Source of the DNA: the human T2T-CHM13v2.0 reference genome, Homo sapiens
DNA length: 64,000 nt
Reading direction: 5' to 3' (one strand)
Assembly: GCF_009914755.1 (NCBI RefSeq)
Contig: NC_060930.1
Every line of letters begins with the position of its first letter. Within the stretch, counting starts at the first letter, position 1. The notes below the pieces were generated by a model. It searched no databases. It saw only the letters and a program-made list of their open reading frames with translations, and was not told the origin of the DNA. The translations under genes were made by a program, and so were the position numbers. This document shows positions 56,764-64,000 of the stretch, in pieces.

Positions 56764-57066
56764 GGCCGGGCTCAGTGACTCATGCCTGTAATCCCAGTAC
56801 TTTGGGAGGCTGAGGTGGGTGGATCACTTGAGGCGAGGAGTTTGAGATCAGCCTGGCCAACATGGTGAAACCCTGTCTCTACTAAAAATACAAACATTAG
56901 CTGGGCATGGTGGCATAAGCTTGTAATCCTAGCTGCTTGGGAAGCTGAGGCACGAGAATCACTTGAACCCGGGAGGCGGACGTTGCAAGGAGCTGAAATT
57001 GCGCCACTGCACTCCAGACTGGGTGACAGACCGAGACTCTGTCTCAAAAAAAAATTAAAAAAAAGA
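56764..57066 (+). mobile_element. AluSx-like
   Basis: Alu dimer; TSD aagaga(t/c)acctgtc. Confidence 0.95.
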
Positions 57067-57190
57067 AGAGACACCTGTCTTTTCTAGCAATTCCCTTTCC
57101 TTCCCTCTCCTCCTCTCCACTCTACAACCTCCCTCTCTTTTCCTGCCTCTCTCTCCCTCCTGCCTCCTCTCAAGTGAAAGATCTGTCCTG

Positions 57191-57477
57191 GGCCGGGCGC
57201 GGTGGCTCACGCCTGTAATCCCAGCACTTTGGGAGGCTGAGGCGGGAGGATCACAAGGTCAGGAGTTCGAGACCAGCCAGGCCAACATGGCAAAATCCCA
57301 TCTCTACTAAAAATACAAAAATTAGCTGGGCGTGGTGGCAGGTGCCTGTAATCCCAGCTACTGGGGAGGCTGAGGCAGGAGAATCACTTGAACCCAGGAG
57401 GCGAGGTTGCAGTGTCGCCACTGCACTCCAGCCCTGGTGACAATATGAGACTCTGTCTCAAAAAAAAAAAAAAAAAA
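57191..57477 (+). mobile_element. AluSg-like
   Basis: Alu dimer with a small right-arm deletion; TSD atctgtcctg. Confidence 0.95.
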
Positions 57478-57968
57478 TCTGTCCTGTCCACTGACCTGGT
57501 CTTCCTGCTAGGGACAAGGTTTTCCTGTTGAAGACAAAAGAGGGCCGGGTGGCCTGCTCTCAGGTCTGCCTCCTTGGCGAATGGGCCTTACAGCACCTTT
57601 TCCTCAGGAGCACACATCAGTTGCTCCCATTCCTATTTCTGAAGACAATCTCAATACCACATTTTCTTAGTGGAAGCTGAGGGCACCCCACGCTAGGGTC
57701 ACTGGAGAAGCCTTGGGCCTAAGGGTAAGGAGCAGGACCCGGAGCTCTGGGCTGTAGAGCGAGGTGCTCCCGGACAGGCTGGCTGAGCTGCAGCCTGCAT
57801 CCTCTGTGCTGCCACAAATTCAGCTGCCTATTGGGGGTGTCGGCACCAGCTCTCAGGGCAGGTGGACCTGGGATGAATGCCCTGTTTGCTTTTATGGGCA
57901 ACTCACTTTTCATACCTGAGCCTCGGTCTCCTCATCCATAAAATTGGCACAATAACACTTGTGCATAA

Positions 57969-58296
<328 letters not shown>

Positions 58297-58474
58297 TAAC
58301 AGCAAGGGGAAAGAAGGAAACTGTATTCCCGAGTCCATACTCTGTCCTAGCATCACAGCAAACTCAGAGGTTTTTGGACCCCCAGATGTTAAGAGGAGGG
58401 ACAGGCCCTGAGCTTCCTAAATACCCTCATATGCCCACTGTCTTCAGCTGGGCTCTCCCAGAAGCAGATCCTGA

Positions 58475-58822
<348 letters not shown>

Positions 58823-59479
58823 TGAGGTGTGACCCCGGAAGCACTGGTACCCTACTGTGGGAAAGTGGGACAAGTGAGGAAATGAAGCCAACACAGGGTG
58901 CATTACTGAGCAGGTAACTGCTGTGGGAAGCTGGGCTCCATCGCACAGGGGACCTCTGGGAGACTGTGGTACACACCTCTGGATGGGGTATTTATCCATC
59001 CACTCCTGTCCATCCATGGTTGACAGCTGCTCTTAGGGGTACCTACCCTGCACTGGCTGAATGCAAAAATGTTCTCCAAGTCAGAGAAAGCCCCCTGGCA
59101 GAGAAAACATGGCCTTATAAGTACTGGGGGCATTTGCTTACCATAATAGTGCTTACACAATTATAAATGACTCCAATAATTATTTAATGTTTCCCTCCTG
59201 TATTAGAATATAATCTCTCTGAAGATAGGGACAGCATCACCAATTGTATCCCCAGGACCTAGAATGGTGTCTGGCACATGGTAGGTTTTCGATAGATACT
59301 TGCTGAATCAATGTAATCTGGAGGCTGACAAATTCATGATAAAGACCCCAGTTCTGTCTGAATAGCTTCTCTATCTCTTCCTTTCTCCTCTCTCCACCCT
59401 AAACTTGATATAGCAGTGCCTAAAACTCACTTCCAGTATCTTTTTTAAAATTTGCCTTCTTCTAGAGTATAAAAGCCCA

Positions 59480-59900
59480 GTATTTAACCTTGCCCATGGT
59501 TGCCTGGAATAGAGGGTGCTTTTCCCACCCTCCTTTGCAGCTAGCAGTGCCTATGTGACTAAGTTCTGAGCAAGAGGTGTGGAATTGATGGCTGCCACTT
59601 TCAAGATGTGTCTTTATGGGTGGAGGTGCACCCATCTCCTTCCCATTCCTCCTTCCTGCTGGTTGGAATTTGGATATCGTGGCTGGAGCAGCCACCTTGG
59701 ATCATGAGGTGGAAATCTTGGACCAAAGGATGGTGGAAGCTAGAAGACCCAGGCACCCTGATGATCAGGGAGCAGCCACTCCAACCTTGGGCTGAACCTC
59801 TGGCCTTGCTTTACATGAGAGAGCCCTTGGTTATGCCATTGTTGTTTGGGGTGGGATTTTCTGTCACTCCCAGGTGAACAACCTAATCCTAAGTGATACC
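59480..59900 (+). mobile_element. MLT1J/I-type MaLR LTR about 1.3 kb upstream of GLP1R
   Basis: tcctttgcagctagcagtgcctatgtgactaagttctg...ggctggagcagccaccttggatcatgagg...cctaatcctaagtgatac. Confidence 0.7.
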
Positions 59901-61165
59901 TAGAAGGTCCCTGCTAGACTGACCTCTTGGGAGGGGAGGGAATAAACGAGTCTCAGGTGGTGGAACCAGAGCTTGCTGGAGAGGAGAGTCTCTCCTGGTG
60001 AATGGAAGCCAGGGGCCCCTCCCACTGGCTGTCTCCTTCCCTGGGCTCAGGCAGGTCCAGCCTTCCTCAGGACTTTGAGAAGTTCAGTTCTCTCCCCAGG
60101 AGTAGCTACTTTCACAAACTTCCTGTCCCTTTAGTCGACATGCCCCACGGCAGGTCCGAGGCTGGGCTCTGCCACAACTCATCTTTCCTAAGAGTGGCAT
60201 CAAGGTTCTTTGGTGGGGGATCCTCTTTTCCCATCCCCACTTCTCAAGAGCATTAGGGAAGATACAGTCAGTGCCCTCTTAGCATTCTCTTTCCACTTGT
60301 TGGGTGTAAGAAGGGAACCTGAGGGCCCTGCAGTGTTTAGGGGTGGGAGTGGAAACAGACAGGAAAGATCCAGAGTCCCCAAGAAGCGAAGCAGGGAGAG
60401 AGATAAAGAAGGCAGGAACAACCATGGACACACATTATCACACATACACAGGTTACAAGAGCAGGAGGCTGGAGCTGCAAGAGGTGGCAGGGAAGCTTCC
60501 AGAAAGGCAGACCCCAGCCTCATCCCTCCCTGCCCTGCAATGCTGAAGTTTCCAGGTAGAGGGGAACCTCTAGACCCTTGCGACTGTCAGAGTTCTGTGG
60601 ATCCATTTGTCAGTCTCCCCACCCCCAACCTTGACTATCCTGGGCCTGCCTTCAGGACAGAACATGGGAATGAGAAGAGGACCTGGGAAGGGGTAATCCT
60701 GGGAAAAAAAAAGTTCTTATTAGTCACCCCTGGCTCTGAGGATACTTTCCAGGAGTGGCCTGCCAAGCCGTGTGACCTTGGACAAGTCCCGTCCATTCCT
60801 CAGGCCTCAGTTTCCTTTGAGGGACCCTGAATGGGCGGGGGTTGCTGTAGCTTTCCTCAGCTGGGAGACCCGGGAGGAGGTCCGGGGTGCCAGGGTGGGA
60901 GGAGGGCCTGGCTTGTCGCTGAAAGCCGGCCAGGCGCACTGTCGGCGCTCAGAGCTGGTGGCCGCTTCCTGCGCTTCCTGATTCCCAGCCGCGCTCGCTC
61001 GGAGAGCAGTGCCCGCTATCTCCTGGCCCGGGACCGGCAGAGGGGTGCGGCGGGGCGGGCCCAGGGGTCTCTGGCGGCCGGAAGAACCGGGACCCTGCCA
61101 GGCCCCTCCCGCGGGCAGGGCGGCCCCTCGCCGGCTCCTCCCCCACCGCCCGCCACCAGCCCGGG

Positions 61166-61225
61166 ATCAGTCTCCGCACGCGGTTCCGCAGGTGGCAGCG
61201 ATGGCCCAGTCCTGAACTCCCCGCC
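61166..61225 (+). other. GLP1R: GLP1R 5' UTR (approximate TSS at 61166)
   Basis: Initiator-like tcagtct at 61167-61173. A roughly 60-nt leader matches my recollection of the GLP1R mRNA 5' end; the exact TSS cannot be derived from sequence alone. Confidence 0.65.
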
Positions 61226-61303
61226 ATGGCCGGCGCCCCCGGCCCGCTGCGCCTTGCGCTGCTGCTGCTCGGGATGGTGGGCAGGGCCGGCCCCCGCCCC
61301 CAG
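61226..61303 (+). CDS. GLP1R: Glucagon-like peptide-1 receptor exon 1 (signal peptide)
   Basis: Optimal Kozak ccgccATGG. Encodes [26 protein letters not shown], the recognised human GLP1R N-terminus. Donor CAG|gtgaga; intron 1 runs past the window end. Confidence 0.98.
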
Positions 61304-64000
61304 GTGAGATCCAGGGACCCCGACGACACCGGGGGAGGCGGGTGGCTCTGCGGGCTGCAGGCGCAGTGTCCTGGTGGAGGGCCCCGGGACTTGAACGAAA
61401 CTCCGAGACCGCTGGCGGGGGCATCCGAAAGCCTCGGGGGGAGTAGGGACTGGAGACTTGGTGCCCCTGGGCTGGAAGGCCCAGGTGAGGGCTTGGACTA
61501 CAGAGGATTCCCCCCAACCCCAGCGAGGCGCCCTCTTCCTCGCCACCCGGGTCCCTCTGCCCGGGCACCCGCTGCCCCGCGGCCGCCCTGCGCTGACTTC
61601 TGCTCCGCTTCTCCTTTGTCCCCAGCACTTTCCCAACTCCTTCTAAACCGTGTCAGCGGCCCTGGCACAGCCCGGCATCCTCCCGGACTCCCTCTGCCCC
61701 ACAGTCTGACCCAGACCCCTCTCCCGCAGTGCCTCCCCAGACAATCCACCTGCTCAAAGACCCTGAGAAGACCCTGGGAGGAGCTGAGAGGGCCAGGGTG
61801 CGGAGACCCGGCTCCTCTCCCTTTCTCATCAGCCCCCAGCACAGCCTTTGATTCATGGCTCCTGGGGCCCTGCGGTGGCAGCTTGTCCTTCCCAGTGACC
61901 TCCCAGATGGAACCTACCCCCCGTCCCCTACCAGCCTCTGTAGCAAACAGGCAGAAGGCTCAGTGCCCCCCTGGAAGCAGCCAGGCGCCCCCACTCACCC
62001 ACTCTGCTGACCTCCCATTCTCATCCTGCACTGACAGCAGGCCCCAAGAGAAGGCATACTGGGACACGCAAGAACACCTGGGCTCCTTGGTGCCACCAGA
62101 GAGCAGGCCACAGGTGGACCACCGCAGCCCCTCTCTCTTGCCCTTGTTGCTTTTCCTGCCCTGGGATCCTGGGCTAGGGACAGTGGTCAGCTGCTTTTGA
62201 AGAGGGGAGCTGTCCAAAGATGCTGGGACTTGCTTGAGCAGAGAGGAGACATAGACTTGGGTGGCCTGTCCTGGGTCAGGAAACAGGTTCTTCCTATCAC
62301 CTCCCACTGCTACCCCCAGACCTAAAGAACTGAGATCTGTGGGGAGTGGACCTGAACGAACCTTGAAGTTTGTCCCAGAACCATTGCCTTGGTGAGGGCA
62401 GACTCCACCTCGGCGGAAACCCCAGATGTGGACAGACATACCTCTCAGCTAAGATGCCAGCACATTTTTCAGCCCCCAGATTATTTTCCAGACGCATCCT
62501 CTCCCTGCCCCTGTTCCCCAGCCCAGCTGCTGTCCTGAGCCCCAGGAGACAACCTCCCCCTTCCAAGACACCTTCCCCACAGCGCCCCCAGCCAGGCCTT
62601 GGTTTTCCTGGTGCGGCTGGGATCTTTCAGGGGCCAGGGCTGCAGACCCAAGATGTGGTTCTTGCCCATCGTTCCCTCCTCTTACGGACTGGATTGGGAT
62701 AGGGGTGGAGGCTCTGCTTCCTGGTTCCATCCTCCTCCAGGCCAGGTTTACAGGTCTGGTTTGAATGAAGGGAAGAAAGCAAAGGGAAGAGGAAAGTTTC
62801 TGTGAGCTGTCTTCCCAGAGGCCTTATTCCCAGAAGTGTCAGGCTCCTGAACCCACACTTTCCTCTGATCCGATTTTACTCCTTAGCCCCAGGCCTAAGG
62901 CAAAAGCTGGGCATCCTGGGGGCATAACAGGATTGGGGTGGTAGAGAAGGATAGGAGGGGACAGGTCCTAGCAGGGAGGGGAGCTTTGAGGGGGTGCTCT
63001 TGTCATGGGAAACTGAGCTGCCACAGAGATCTGAGTCACAGGAGGTGTTAAGGATAGATTGCAACAATTATGACACAACATCATGCGTGCTTATAAGACT
63101 ACAAAATAGTGTATTTTGCATTTTGTTTTCTGTCTATGAAGTCAAAAGGGTTAGAGTTACTCCCCTCATGTTGCTGATGGGGGAATGAAAGCTCAGAAAA
63201 AGAGGGTCCCCTGTATAAAGTAGCCCAGCAGTTCAGGAGCAGGGAAGAGAAAGGGGTGAAGGGCTGGGCTCTTGACCTAACACCTCCTACTCAGACGGGA
63301 CTGAAGGGAGACCTCTGAGAGTGAGCTGCTCACTGTCAGGTCTCGTGAGGCTGGAAACAGCATCCCTGCAGGTAGGGGGATGGCTGAGTTGACTTCTGAA
63401 GAAGGTGCCCTAGGCTACTCTTTCATTGCTGCTGGGAAGGCTCATTCCCCTACCCTGGTCCTTACCTCTCCAATACCCTGGTGAGGGAGCGGGCCTACTG
63501 AGGAGACAGGCAAGCCTTTGACACTCAAAGTTAAAATCAGACACAACTGGATTCAAATATAGGGTCTGCTATTAGCTGGTGATCTGGAGTTGGACACTTG
63601 GTTATCCCCAATACATGTCCTTATCTGTAAATAAGGATCATAAGCTCTATCACATAGGGTTATGGAGGGGATTGAGACACTGGCCCCTGAAATGGCAACT
63701 TTAGTCACTTTAGTCAAATGGCAGAACTGACCCATTTGTCCTTGGGGATCCAGAAGTGTTTTCCAGGGCTGCAGGATAGTATGAGAGAGGGGCTGTTGGA
63801 GACCCTGGGTCTCTGTACTCTAGTGAATGGCAGGTGGAGTCCAGGGCTGAGCCTTGATCAGTGCGGACATTGTTCTAAGCTGGGTTTCCTCCTGGACAGG
63901 ACCCAGGCTGGGGGCTGGGGCAGGAGCAACCAAGAAACCACATCCTGCCCTCGAATGCCTTGCACCAAGGCAAAACAGGCTTCCTCAGCTGCAGCCTGCC

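Larger units (their letters stand above)
60830..61700. promoter_or_regulatory. GLP1R: CpG island and TATA-less GC-box promoter of GLP1R
   Basis: Sharp rise in GC content and CpG density relative to the rest of the window. Sp1-type GC boxes at about 61052 (ggggcggg) and about 61146 (ccgccc); no TATA box seen. Confidence 0.9.

Noticed and set aside
60210-60830. 206-aa + strand ORF upstream of GLP1R
   Set aside because: Non-ATG start, no recognisable domain or splice structure, and it runs through a MIR-like segment; expected by chance in GC-rich DNA.
60831-61856. Several overlapping 110-206-aa ORFs on both strands over the CpG island
   Set aside because: Low-complexity Gly/Pro/Arg/Ala translations typical of stop-poor CpG islands.

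Overview
Primate (human-like) genomic DNA with the last six coding exons and 3' UTR of the axonemal dynein heavy chain gene DNAH8 (+ strand, stop at 42774-42776). About 18 kb of repeat-rich intergenic DNA follows, then the CpG-island promoter and signal-peptide exon 1 of GLP1R (+ strand, ATG at 61226). I checked by hand that the six DNAH8 exons splice in frame with canonical GT-AG sites. The window also holds a decayed RPS2 processed pseudogene (- strand), a probable 3'UTR-only retrocopy in a DNAH8 intron, and many Alu, L1, L2, MIR, MaLR/ERVL LTR and hAT elements, several with visible target-site duplications (TSDs). I found no convincing new multi-gene system. The most interesting leads are all unverified: (1) a perfect GTAAGT splice donor overlapping the DNAH8 stop codon, which could give an alternative C-terminus or an in-frame read-through fusion to GLP1R; (2) a 4-codon uORF in strong Kozak context ending 10 nt before the GLP1R start; (3) a (TG)n/Tn-flanked candidate poison exon in DNAH8. 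Most ORFs in the supplied track are repeat-derived or chance. Repeat subfamily names and boundaries come from visual recognition and are approximate unless a TSD is quoted.
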